This document shows, in pieces, positions 11,836-24,504 of a stretch of DNA of 64,000 nt (its first letter is position 1; each line of letters starts with the position of its first letter). Location of the stretch: NCBI GenBank assembly GCA_030704615.1, contig CM060734.1:55056001-55120000 (forward strand). The letters run 5' to 3'. This DNA is from Takakia lepidozioides (lineage: Eukaryota; Plantae; Bryophyta). A program made the translations under genes and the position numbers. The notes under the pieces were generated by a model, which had not been told where the DNA came from, ran no database searches, and saw only the letters and a program-made list of their open reading frames with translations.

Positions 11836-12150
11836 TCAGTGGGAGGGCACCCAGATGAGATCATTCTGAGTTGACCAATGGCATGCTTCGGCTCCCTGAA
11901 TAATGTTGAGAGCCGTGAAGGCAGGATGCTCTGATGCCCAGAGACTGGTATCCAAATGACATATGGCGACTGCGTGAATGATTGATCCATCTACAGCTGC
12001 CAACGACGCCTGCACCACCTTGGTTCCTGTGACATAATGGCAGTAGTAGAGAGCCGAAGGAAACATAACGTTGTGGCAAATGACAACATTCTCGCCCTCT
12101 ACCACACTTCGCTTGGTAAAGTCAACAACCTTCACTGGTGCCTTGGTAAT
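11836..12150 (-). pseudogene. Captured C-terminal fragment of a BURP-domain gene
   Basis: VICHNVMFPSALYYCH..AICHLDTSLWASEHPAF..ACHW..DLIWVP* contains the four CH dipeptides and terminal W of BURP. Confidence 0.9.
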
Positions 12151-12248
12151 GCCTACACGTCCCACTGATTTTGGTGAACAAGACTGACAAGGCCAACAGT
12201 TTTTTTTTTTTTTTTTTTTTTTGCCAAGAAAGCTGATGGGTGCTTTCA

Positions 12249-12960
<712 letters not shown>

Positions 12961-13108
12961 ACCCAAATAGCAGGTCCAGCCCACCTGCTTGTTGTAAAAA
13001 GCTTGGACCCGCTACATTCCCAGGAGGTTAGAACTGCTGCAACGACGCTTTGAGTGGTTCCTGCCTTCCTGTTATGCTCCACTAGGCACACATAGCCAGT
13101 CTAACTAC

Positions 13109-13123
13109 CGGCTCTCGTGACCA
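13109..13123 (-). other. Possible degenerate primer-binding site of element B
   Basis: Minus-strand TGGTCACGAGAGCCG only partly matches the tRNA-iMet PBS (TGGTATCAGAGCC) and lies about 85 bp from repeat X1. Confidence 0.35.
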
Positions 13124-13208
13124 AGCTATATTATAATAGTGCTTAAAAACAAAAACGTCACATCTAGCTTAGCACTAGAAAACTAGATACGGCGTCATCT
13201 TTCTCGAG

Positions 13209-13563
13209 TGATAAGAAAACTAGAAAACACACTGCTCACACCAGAAACAACATGAATCCATCGCTATCACTATTTAAAACAGAAGTCGAGCCAGGGGCAC
13301 CCCAAGCTATGGGGACTCCACCCCACAACAACCTACACTCCCATCATAAGCACACTCAAATCTAAACGCATGAAGGAGCTCGGTCGCGCAGGCTCAACTC
13401 GAGAAAGATGAGCTGCGCGACTGCCGCTCTCGTGAAGATAAGACGGGTCAGGTGTCAAACTAAACTTGACACCTGATTTAACACTTGACCTAAATCCAAG
13501 TGTTAAATACAAATAACTAGCTTTATTCTAGCTAGTTTCACGCTGTGCTTATTTAACTTGACA
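13209..13563 (-). repeat. Element B long repeat X1 (LTR-like, 5' copy)
   Basis: Direct repeat of 2246-2583. It ends TTGACA next to the TSD. Confidence 0.92.
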
Positions 13564-13804
13564 AATGGATGAGTTGATGGAATCCGATAGATTGATGAAG
13601 CAAACTGATACTTAATTATTAATGGTAAGGTACCTAACATGAATGCCAAAAGGGAAACAAATAGGAAACACCCCCATGATACACTAGCTGTAGGTCATGA
13701 CTGATTGTTCTGCGCGGGCTGAGTACTTAGAGATTTCCAACTCTTCTATCTTGGAGTTTCCGCCTCGGATAGCGAAGGGATGGGTGAGTAAAAGCCGCGC
13801 AACA
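13564..13804 (+). repeat. Family A 3' LTR of copy A1, right part
   Basis: Resumes AATGGATGAGTTGATGG and ends GAGTAAAAGCCGCGCAACA. Confidence 0.92.
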
Positions 13805-15628
13805 ACATGGTTAGGCCATGTGTTGTACCAGAAGTAAGTACAATGATAGTAACGAGAAGTAAAGCCAAACTAATACCTCCAGTAGTTGAGGAAGATGATG
13901 ATAATGAAGATGGCAGTGATGTGCCTGAAGATGATGAGGCTTGGAGAGATGAGAAAGAACTGCACAAAGAAGTGGCAGATACCATAAGGGAAATGCAGAA
14001 GAGTACTGATATTCCTATGGCAGATTCCTTAGATTCTGATGGAGAAGAAGAAGTGAGTGAGGAGGAAAGGAAGAAATAAGCTGCAGACATGCAGAGTAAT
14101 GAAGGGACTTTGGCTGAAGTAATATGCCAGACCAAAACAGAGATTACCATTGGACAGCTATTGGCTGTGGCACCTTATTGTAGACACAGGCTGTATCAAG
14201 CAATCAATCGAATTGCACAGGAGACAGGAAACACAGACCTGAACAGCAAGGTGACCAGTTATAATGTGAAGCCGGAAGGGCGAGAAACAGTCATGGACTT
14301 TGATGATTCTATGCCAGTAATCCAATTGAGAATTGGAAGCACAGAACTAACTGATGTACTGATAGATGGAGGCTCTGGAGTGAATATCATGACAGACCAA
14401 TTAAGGCAGAAGCTTGGTCTAAGTAACATGAAACCAGCCCCATTTACAGTAACAATGGCAGATCAAAGAAGTGTACAGCCATTGGGATTGATAAGAGGAG
14501 TTAAGATACAGATTCAAAAGATGATCTTTATGATCACAGTAACTGTGTTAAAAATGGATGAAGTCATGGAGGCTTACTCCTTATTATTGGGACGTCCGTG
14601 GCTGAAACAAGCCAGGGTATTCCATGACTGGAATTCTCAGTTACTAACTGTGCATAATGGGATGCACAAGATACAAATTACCACTAAGAAATCTAGTAGA
14701 TTACCTGCTACGAGAAGACCTCGAGGGGTCAGGGAGTATGACTGGAGGGGAGGACTGGATGAGGAGCAGGAGGCTACTCTGTTCGCTGCACACCTAGAGT
14801 GGGAGCAGGTTGCAGAGATGCAGCTCGAAGGCCTAAGTTGTTTAAGAGGTATCTGCTATGGTGTAGTGACAGCAACACCAATTGAAGAGGAAACCAGCAG
14901 TTACCCACCACATTTCTATGAAGAAAGAGAAGGAGAAATGGAAATCCTAGAGGAACCAGCCACTGTGAGTTTACAGGATGAAGTGGTGACTGGTTGGACA
15001 ATCACAGCTGATGAGCAGGTGAGAGAAGTGAATGTGGGAACTGAAGAGGAACCGAGGATGGTGAAGATAGGGGCTGATTTGGAGCCAAAAAGCTTTGAGG
15101 AAGCTAAGAGTTTGTTCATCAAATACAGAGATGTATTTGCCTGGAGCTACGAGGATCTAAAAGGGATACCACCTGAGATCTGTCAGCATAAGATTGAACT
15201 GGAACCAGGGTCAGTACCAATCAAACAGGCAAGGTACAGAATGAATCCCAACTATGCACAGAAGGTTGGAGAAGAGATCAAGAAGTTGGCTGAGGCTAAG
15301 TTTATATACCCGATAGAGTATACAACTTGGTTGTCACCCATTGTGATAGTTCCCAAGAAAAATGGTAAACTGAGAGTTTGTGTGAACTATAAGAAGTTGA
15401 ATGCTTGCACGAAGAAAGATCCTTTTCCTTTGCCATTCACAGAAGTGGTATTGGACACTGTGGCAGGCCATGAGATGTACTCATTCATGGATGGCTTCAG
15501 TGGTTATAATCAAGTGCAAGTGGCAGAAGAAGACCAGGGGAAGACAACTTTCATCACAGACTGGGGTGCTTATGCATACAAAGTCATGCCTTTTGGACTT
15601 TGGAATGCACCAGCAACCTTTCAGAGAG
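13805..15628 (+). pseudogene. Family A copy A0: end of gag, protease and N-terminal RT, truncated by deletion
   Basis: VLIDGGSGVN, LLLGRPWL, SFMDGFSGYNQ, MPFGLWNAPATFQR, then fused directly to the extra ORF through GAG microhomology at 15626-15628. Confidence 0.92.
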
Positions 15629-18036
15629 GTACCACATGTAGAATATGAAGCAACTGCAGCACCTGTGGCGGATGAGGTGGTTCAGGAAGAAAATCTGGTG
15701 GGGCAATGGCCTGAATGGTTCATGAGGCATCACACTGTTGAGGATCAGGGAGAACAGCAGCAAACTCACCATGATGACCCTCAGCAGGCCATGCTTATGA
15801 GTTCCATAAGCATGAAACTTAATTTGTTGGGCACTTATGTGAAATCCCATGTTCCATCTACCCAATTGGCAGCTTTGAGGGAGGAACTCAGGAAGGAGTT
15901 TGATGCTCGACTTGCCATTGAGTGTGCAAACAAGGTCGATGAGGAGGTCACTCTCAAGTTACAGCAAGAGTTAGAGGATACAACAACTGCTTTGCAGTTG
16001 GCCAAGGAACATTTGATTGAAGCAGGCCTCGCGCAGGACCAGTTGCACAAAGCACATAAACATACAGCTATACCAAATGCAGGTGAAACATGAGAGCAAG
16101 TTGCAAGAAGTGAATGCACTACATACGGAGTTGCAAACAGTACATGGGAGGATGGCCATACAATGTGCTACACTCACAACTACGCTTGAGCAAACTACAT
16201 TAGAAGTTAACAGCCAAGCGGAAAGATGTATAAAGGCACAGGCAGATAATGTCGAGCAGACGAAACTCATTATTGATATGAAGAATACAATCTGTCGCAA
16301 TGAGAACACTTTCAAGCAATACAGGCAGGTTGAAGCTGACCAAGAGAGGTACATCCTGGAATTGCAACAAACGGTCATGGTAAATAGCAATGAACTCTCT
16401 GTGGCTAACAAGGCTTGGAAGGAAGCCAATAATTTGGCTGCTGCCTATGCGAGTTTGGTTGAACCTCATGCGAAGCGCATGGAGGCTTTACAACAGCAGA
16501 TAGATGTGTACAGGCTCACAGAGGAGCAGACTCTCAGGGGTGCCACACGCAACTTGGTGGATAACCACCTTATGCAGGTCTGGTTAGCACAAGGGCCGGT
16601 GAAAGGTAAGGCACCGTGGGAGCTCATCCAGGGCGAGATGAATGAGCTCAGACTACAGGTGCAGAACATTGCCACAACTACTATAGACAATGTCTATAGT
16701 AGGATAGCGGAGCTACAGGAGGATGTAGATGGCCTGCAGACTCAGGTGGATGACCTGAGTTCAAATATTGACAAGAGAGTCTTTGTACCTGAGGAGCAGC
16801 TGATGGCTACTTATTTACAGGCCAGAACTCTAATTTTTCAGTCTTCTTTGCAAGGGGTGCATGAGATGCCAGTGGTAGAAGGGCCAGTGCTACCAATACC
16901 ACAACAAGTGACTGTGCAGGTAGCTGACCCTGTTGTTACTACAGCCACACCACAACCTCCACAGCCTGAGGTATGGGGGGATGCTGCTTTTAACCCACCT
17001 AAGACTCCTGCTGCACGGGAGTACAGTCGGGCTATGATTATGCCCTTCAACCAAATTCCCATTGTGTTGGATTTGGCTTGGAAGGAATTTAGTCCTTCAC
17101 AATCGTTGGCACATTACTACTAGATCATGCGCATTTGGCTGCCAGTGGCAACTAGGACTAAGGTTCTTCCGAACAATCGACCCATTGAGGATCATCACTT
17201 TGCGAGGTACTGGCATGAGGCAAGTACCATGTTGAAGGAATTAATTGCCTTCCAAGTTGTACATGGGTACATTTATACCAAGACCAAGGAGGTAGCAAGT
17301 ATTGTCATGGGCTGCGGGTTATACTATGCTACTTGTTTTCTGGCACGTTATCACATTGAGCAGCAGAAGATGCAATCGCGATTTCTGAGTTATTCTAGTG
17401 GGGATCATTGGGTCTTACCTTCAGTGTCACCTCATATGTACCTATATGAAGCAAAAGTTCTGATGGAAAATGATTCTCAAATTCATTCATGATTTCATTC
17501 GGTCTGGAACAATTTGTCAACACAGAAATTCGGGCCTGATGATATTTTCCTTAAGGGACATGAGGCATGGAAATACTTGCACTATTCTCAAGTCATTAGC
17601 ACACCACTCATCTGTACAGACAAGGAGTTCAGGGTCTTCACCAATTTTGCAATTCAACGCTTACAACAAGTTTTACAAATTAAACTTCCAGACATGGTGG
17701 GACCACATTGTATGCCCCAGAGGATTCCAGTTAGAGTTCGACCGTTAAAACACCTCAGGGGGGAAGACGATTCTGATACTACTGTTTCTTCAGCGGACTC
17801 TTTTGACATGGCAGATGACTATGCAATTCAGATGGCAGAGAAGAAGCGACGGGGGTCTCCTATGCCTGAGAGATTACCTCGATATCAGCCAAAGGAGGGA
17901 CTGACATTTTCCAGGTAGTGCTCAATCATCTCCGTCAACCAGTGACAGGGCACGGGCTCGCACACGGAGTCCTTCACGAGACTCTCAACGTCAGAAGGGT
18001 GCTCGCTCACAAAGGTTTGCTAATCCCAAACAGTAA
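15629..18036 (+). pseudogene. Family A extra ORF, copy A0 (C-terminal two thirds)
   Basis: Near-identical to about 20780-23178; ORFs 16017..17123 and 17127..17492. Confidence 0.85.
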
Positions 18037-18075
18037 ACCGTGAGGACACGGCTTTTTGAGAGGGGGAGGGGTAAA

Positions 18076-19060
18076 TGTTAGAGGGCTGCTTGGGACTTAG
18101 ACGCTTTTACGGGATCTGTGGGGTACCCTTAATTTTTACACAAATTGAGACCAACAGGAGCCTTAGGGGTGACAGCAACAGGCTTTAGGGGGAGAGATAC
18201 ACAGTCTGACACAGCCCGTCACAGTCCGACACAGCCGACACAGCCGACATAGTTGTCACAGTCCGACACAGCCAACACAACCGACACAGTCAGACACAGC
18301 AGTCACAGTCAACACAGCCGCCACAGCTTCGCATAGCCCGACACAGCTCGACACAGCCCGACACAGCCAGTCACAGCCCGCCACAGCCTGATACAGCCAG
18401 TCACAGCTCGGCACAGCTGGGGGACAGTTATCATTGGTAGGGAACGACTGTGCGGGAACGACATCTGAAAAAGGAACGTATACTACAGGGATGATGGTTA
18501 GTTAGGAAATCGGTTAGAACAGCTTGTAGGTAGATAAAGCCAAGAGCGGGGACGTCTGGGGGATGACTTCTTGGGGGGGACTTCTGGCATCGCGGCTTGG
18601 AAATGAAGAGGAGAGCGCATCTCTGAGTGGAAAGATGGAGAGCACGGAGTAGGAGGAGAGACGATCTGTTGATACTTGATGAATGCAAGCTGTAGAATTG
18701 TAATGTAGAGTAGATTAGAGATACCATGGCTTCAGCCTGATACTTGATAGATATTAATCTGATACATACTTCATACTCACACTGTATAGAGAGACCTGAG
18801 TGAAGCTATGGAATGAATGGATGAGTGGATGGAACCTGATAGATTGCTGAAGCAATCTGATACTTAATTGCAGACAGTAAGGTAACTCGCTAACATGAAT
18901 GCGGGAAGGAGTACAAATGGGAAACACCCCCATGATACACTAGCTGTAGGTCATGACTGATTGTTCTGAGCGGGCTGAGTGCTTAGACATTTCCAACTCT
19001 TCTATATTGGAGTTCCCACCTCGGATAGCGAAGGGATGGGTGAGTAAAAGCCGCTTGACA
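18076..19060 (+). repeat. Family A 3' LTR, subfamily b (copy A0)
   Basis: PPT GAGAGGGGGAGGGG upstream; TGTTAGAGGGCTG..GCCGCTTGACA; CACAG array at about 18200-18420. Confidence 0.92.
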
Positions 19061-19431
19061 GGGTGTCATCAAGAAAGAAGACAAAATTGGCCGTCAAAGT
19101 ACCTACCCGGCACGTTAACCAAAATTTATTGTGGGCCCATTAATGCATACAGGAAAAGGGTAACGGAACCCTTTGCAAGTACAGAAAAGCGAAATCCTTG
19201 TCACATAGGCTATCCTAATGGACAGTCCAGGGGGAAAATCCACGGAAGGGAATTAAATTACAAAATCAATCACAGAGCCAACAGCCAATCATAAGCCAGA
19301 ATTACCTGCAGAGGGTATTTTCCAAGAAGCAAGATCAAGAATTTAGAGGGATTCTGAGCGCAAGAGTCGGCGTCGTTCCAAGTAACGGGCGTCTCGACGG
19401 GAGAGACAATCAAAGCTATAGCTTTGAAGCT

Positions 19432-22400
19432 ATGGCGGAAATAACAGACTACACACTCACATTACTACTTACGCAATGGCACAAGGACGGACGAACAGAG
19501 AGTACCTTTTCTCTAAATCAATACTTGCAAGCCCCACAGGCTTACAAGCACTTACCCATTTCATTCTGCGCCAACCATACTTTTATGCTTTGTGCCCCGC
19601 AAGCGTTTTTTCAGTTGTTGCAACCAAAACCTATCTGTTTGTCCAGAATGAAGAGAGTGAGAGGAATGGAAGATATCAGGGTGAAAAGCACCACAATCTT
19701 ACAGAAGCAAACGATCGCTGCACCACAGGCGGTGCAGCTACTAAAGGAGCTGCGATTGGAGGGATTGTTACGCAAGGACCGGTCCTTGCATCATCGGCAG
19801 TTCATGATACAATTTCTTCAGAACTTTGAGCCTCGGATGGGAGTTACTCAGGTGAGGGGAGTAGATATAGAAATTACTCCCCAGTACCTGCAACGATTGT
19901 TTGATTTGCCATCAGGACATGTCGATGTGGATGAGCACAGGGCAAGATTGCAGATAGGGAATTTGTTCCAAGAAACAAGGTTTTGCTTGTACCAAAGTTG
20001 AGTACCCAGGGCTTAGGGAAGTTGGCCAAATCTTGAACGTTCTGTTTGCCATGAAACAGAACCAGCAGTATTTGAGGAGGTCCTTCACAGAGGAGATCCT
20101 GAAAGCTTTGAGGGAACAGGATGTCGCTTGGGCGGAGTTAATGTACAACGGATTGGTGGACGAGATGAAGAGGTTACAGGGCACTGCTGCTAAGTCTCCG
20201 ATCATTGTGTCCAGTCCAGTCATTGCCCAAATAATTCTTGATTCTTGCATACTTGATGCTCGGGAACATAAGGAGATGGGAGTGTTTGAGGCAGAAACCA
20301 CTGCAATAGAAGAGCAAGGCTCTTCAAACAGTGAGGGTGGACTGATAGCGCAACACCAGTCTAAGAGACAAAGGCGGGGTATGACTGTAGTGGCGGATCC
20401 ACTGGCTTCACGGAAACCGCACGATAATGTCTCCCAAGCTCTTGTGCACGATGGGGCACATCAGCACAGAGAGCTGCTATTATTGGAAGCAGGGCCTTCA
20501 GAGAGGGAAGAGGAAGTCACTTCGATACCACAACCACCACAACCAATTGACTCTGTTGTTTTAGAGGTTCCACAGTTAGTATGTGTTGTGGCATCACCCC
20601 TCATTGCTCTGGAAGGAGAAAGGTTGGACATTCCCACTACAGAGCAGGTCGTGGCCGAAATTGAGAAGGGTGACCTTTTCTATGAAATTTTGGGCTTGGT
20701 AAGGGAAACAGTGATTCCAGAGGTGCAGCGGTTGTCCAGGGGAAACCCTGCTGTGCATGTAATACCCACACCTATGACGGAGGTACCAGGGGTAGAATAT
20801 TAAGACACTGCAGCACCTCTAGCGGATAAGGTGGTTCAGGAAGAAAATCTGGTGGGGCAATGGCCTGAATGGTTCGTGAGGCATCACACTGTTGAGGATC
20901 AGGGAGAACAGCAGCAAACTCACCATGATGACCCTCAGCAGGCCATGCTTATGAGTTCCATAAGCATGAAACTTAATTTGTTGGGCACTTATGTGAAATC
21001 CCATGTTCCATCTACCCAATTGGCAGCTTTGAGGGAGGAACTCAGGAAGGAGTTTGATGCTCGACTTGCCATTGAGTGTGCAAACAAGGTCGATGAGGAG
21101 GTCACTCACTCTCAAGTTACAGCAAGAGTTAGAGGATACAACAACTGCTTTGCAGTTGGCCAAGGAACATTTGATTGAAGCAGGCCTCGCGCAGGACCAG
21201 TTGCACAAAGCACATAAACATACAGCTATACCAAATGCAGGTGAAACATGAGAGCAAGTTGCAAGAAGTGAATGCACTACATACGGAGTTGCAAACAGTA
21301 CATGGGAGGATGGCCATACAATGTGCTACACTCACAACTACGCTTGAGCAAACTACATTAGAAGTTAACAGCTAAGCGGAAGATGTATAAAGGCACAGGC
21401 AGATAATGTCGAGCAGACGAAACTCATTATTGATATGAAGAATACAATCTGTCGCAATGAGAACACTTTCAAGCAATACAGGCAGGTGAAGCTGACCAAG
21501 AGAGGTACATCCTGGAATTGCAACAAACGGTCATGGTAAATAGCAATGAACTCTCTGTGGCTAACAAGGCTTGGAAGGAAGCCATAATTTGGCTGCTGCC
21601 TATGCGAGTTTGGTTGAACCTCATGCGAAGCGCATGGAGGCTTTACAACAGCAGATAGATGTGTACAGGCTCACAGAGGAGCAGACTCTCAGGGGTGCCA
21701 CACGCAACTTGGTGGATAACCACCTTATGCAGGTCTGGTTAGCACAAGGGCCGGTGAAAGGTAAGGCACCGTGGGAGCTCATCCAGGGCGAGATGAATGA
21801 GCTCAAACTGCAGGTGCAGAACATTGCCACAACTACTATAGACAATGTCTATAGTAGGATAGCGGAGCTACAGGAGGATGTAGACGGCCTGCAGACTCAG
21901 GTGGATGACCTGAGTTCAAATATTGACAAGAGAGTCTTTGTACCTGAGGAGCAGCTGATGGCTACTTATTTACAGGCCAGAACTCTAATTTTTCAGTCTT
22001 CTTTGCAATGGGTGCAGGAGATGTCAGTGGTAGAAGGGCCAGTGCTACCAATACCACAACAAGTGACTGTGCAGGTAGCTGACCCTGTTGTTACTACAAC
22101 CACACCACAGCCTGAGGTATGGGGGGATGCTGCTTTTAACCCACCTAAGACTCCTGCTGCACGAGAGTACAGTCGGGCTATGATTATGCCCTTCAACCAA
22201 ATTCCCATTGTGTTGGATTTGGCTTAGAAGGAATTTAGTCCTTCACAGTCGTTGGCACATTACTACCAGATCATGCGCATTTGGCTGCCAGTGGCAACTA
22301 GGACTAAGGTTCTTCCGAACAATCGACCCATTGAGGATCATCACTTTGTGAGGTACTGGTCTGAAGCAAGTACCATGTTGAAGGAATTAATTGCCTTCCA

Positions 22401-23178
22401 AGTTATACATGGGTACATTTACACCAAGACCAAGGAGGTAACAAGTATTGTCATGGGCTGTGGATTATACTATGCTGCTTGTTTTATGGCACGTTATCAC
22501 ATTGAGCAGCAGAAGATGCAATCGCGATTTCTGAGTTATTCTAGTGGGGATCATTGGGTCTTACCTTCAGTGCCATCATATGTACCTATATGATGCAAAA
22601 GTTATGATGCAGAAGGAATCCCACCTTCGTTCATAGTTTCATTCGGCTTGGAACAATTTGACAACACAGAAATTCGGCCCTGACAATATTTTCTTTAAGG
22701 GACATGAGGCATGGAAATACTTGCACTGTTCCCAAGTCATTGGCACACCTCTTACGTGTACAGATAAGGAGTTCAGGACGTTCACTAATTTTGCGTGCCA
22801 GCGCTTGCAACAAGTTGTGCAATTTAAACTTTCAGATATGGTTGGACAACATTGTATGCCACAGAGGATTCCACTTAAAGTTTGGCCGTTTAAACACCTG
22901 AGGGGCGACGAGGATTCTGATACTATTGTTTCTTCAGCGGACTCCTTTGACATGGCAGAGGACTAGGCAATTCAGATGGCAGAGAAGAAACGACGGGGGT
23001 CTCCTATGCCTGAGAGGTTACCTCGTTATCAGCCAAAGGAAGGACAGCCATTTCCAGGTAGTGCTCAATCATCTCCGTCAACCAGTGACAGGGCACGGGC
23101 TCCACACGGAGTCCTTCACGAGACTCTCACCGTCAGAAGGGTGTTCGGTCACAAAGGTTTGCTAATCCTAAACAGTAA
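19432..23178 (+). pseudogene. Family A extra ORF, full-length frameshifted copy (about 1,250 codons)
   Basis: MAEITDYTL start, colinear with 34823-38564. It has an N-terminal FLQNF..VRGVDIEITPQYLQRLFDLP region, a long coiled coil, a Pro/Thr linker, an aromatic-rich domain and a basic tail. Confidence 0.8.
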
Positions 23179-23217
23179 ACCGTGAGGACACGGCTTTTTG
23201 AGAGGGGGAGGGGTAAA

Positions 23218-23487
23218 TGTTAGAGGGCTGCTTGGGACTTTAACGCTTTTACAGCGTGGGGTACCCCTAATTTTTACACAGACTGAGACCAACAGGAGCC
23301 TTAGGGGTGACAGCAGCAGGCTTTAGGGGGGGGTTACACAGCCCGCCACAGCGTTATACAGCCCGACACAGCCCGACATAGCCCGACATAGCCAGTCACA
23401 GCCGCCACTGCCAACACAGCCTGATACAGCCCGACAGCCAGTCACAGCCAGCACAGTCATCACAGTCCATCACAGTCGTCACAGTCC
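23218..23487 (+). repeat. Truncated family A 3' LTR (subfamily b)
   Basis: PPT, then TGTTAGAGGGCTGCTTGGG. Homology ends within the CACAG array. Confidence 0.85.
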
Positions 23488-23699
23488 GGGTTTGTGTCTC
23501 TTGGACTCTAGGCTTCTTTCCACCGACGTAGTATCCTGGCCGGCATCCGTTCGGTCCCCAAGGAAGGGAATGCAGATCGTTTGGATTGATAGAAAGGGAA
23601 TAGTCGACTGGAGGGTAATGCATGTTGTCATGTGGAATAATAGAAGAGTTCATTATTAATTTCAATTTGAGAAATCCCAAAGTAGACAAACGGAAGAAT

Positions 23700-24502
23700 G
23701 GAGTTAAAATCATTACCGTTTTTGAAGTCGGCCGCTGAGATCCCTGGGCAGGCTGCTCCTCCTCTTTCCCATCTCTACGTCCAACGTTATCGTCCTTCTC
23801 TGTGGAGCCAGATGGCAACCTCGACTGTCCAGTGGAGGTAACTTGTATGGCCGGCTTAGATAGAGCGACAGTAATTGTTCGATCCACTCTTCTCTTCACC
23901 GTCTCAGTGTCGATGGAGTCGGTCCTCGTGTGTTTGATCTCCTCAGACGTCGTCTCATGAATCTACATGAAATTAATGAAAAATCCCACAGATGACGACT
24001 ATGGTGGTCCAAAATGATGTGACAAAGTTACTGAATTGAGCAATACCGAAGCTGAGACTCAAAGACCATTAATAAGAGTAATAAGAATAAAGCGAATGTT
24101 TTACCCGAATCGGGATCTGTTGTTGGATTACGCGTTTGTGGTGCTCTGTTTCTTCTCCCTCCCCACGAGTAGGAGGATTCTCCGACTCATTCCCTGCAGA
24201 TGGCAACGTCGACTGGACAGTGGAGGTTACTTGCGGAACCGGCTCAGGTGACCTGGCCCTCACTATCAGATCCACGTGTCTCTTCAACGTTTGAGTCTTC
24301 TTTGAGCTTTTTCTTGTGTGCGTCATTTCCACCGATTGGGATTCTTGGATCTACAAGAAAAGTAATCCAAATCGGTTAATGGCTGTCCACAAAGGTGTGC
24401 GAACGGAAATATGTGTCCGGGTGGAAATATTTTATTCGGAAGTCCAGAAAGACGGATATGGGAGAAACATTGGGACTCTATATATAATTACAATATTGTC
24501 AT
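23700..24502 (-). pseudogene. Displaced 3' portion (two paralogous low-complexity exon-like blocks) of the accessory gene seen at 39492-41988 and 49812-51540
   Basis: The reverse complement from 24502 continues the TATGACAATAT repeat that ends at about 41988. Duplicated blocks KRRVDRTI..QVTSTGQSRLPS and KRHVDLIV..QVTSTVQSTLPS each carry the 24 bp palindrome. Confidence 0.55.
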
Positions 24503-24504
24503 AA

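Noticed and set aside
14089-16093. Novel RT-extra ORF fusion protein
   Set aside because: It is a deletion junction with GAG microhomology before the RT catalytic motif, and it is absent from the other copies.
19432-23178. Envelope glycoprotein call for the extra ORF
   Set aside because: There is no evident signal peptide or transmembrane segment.
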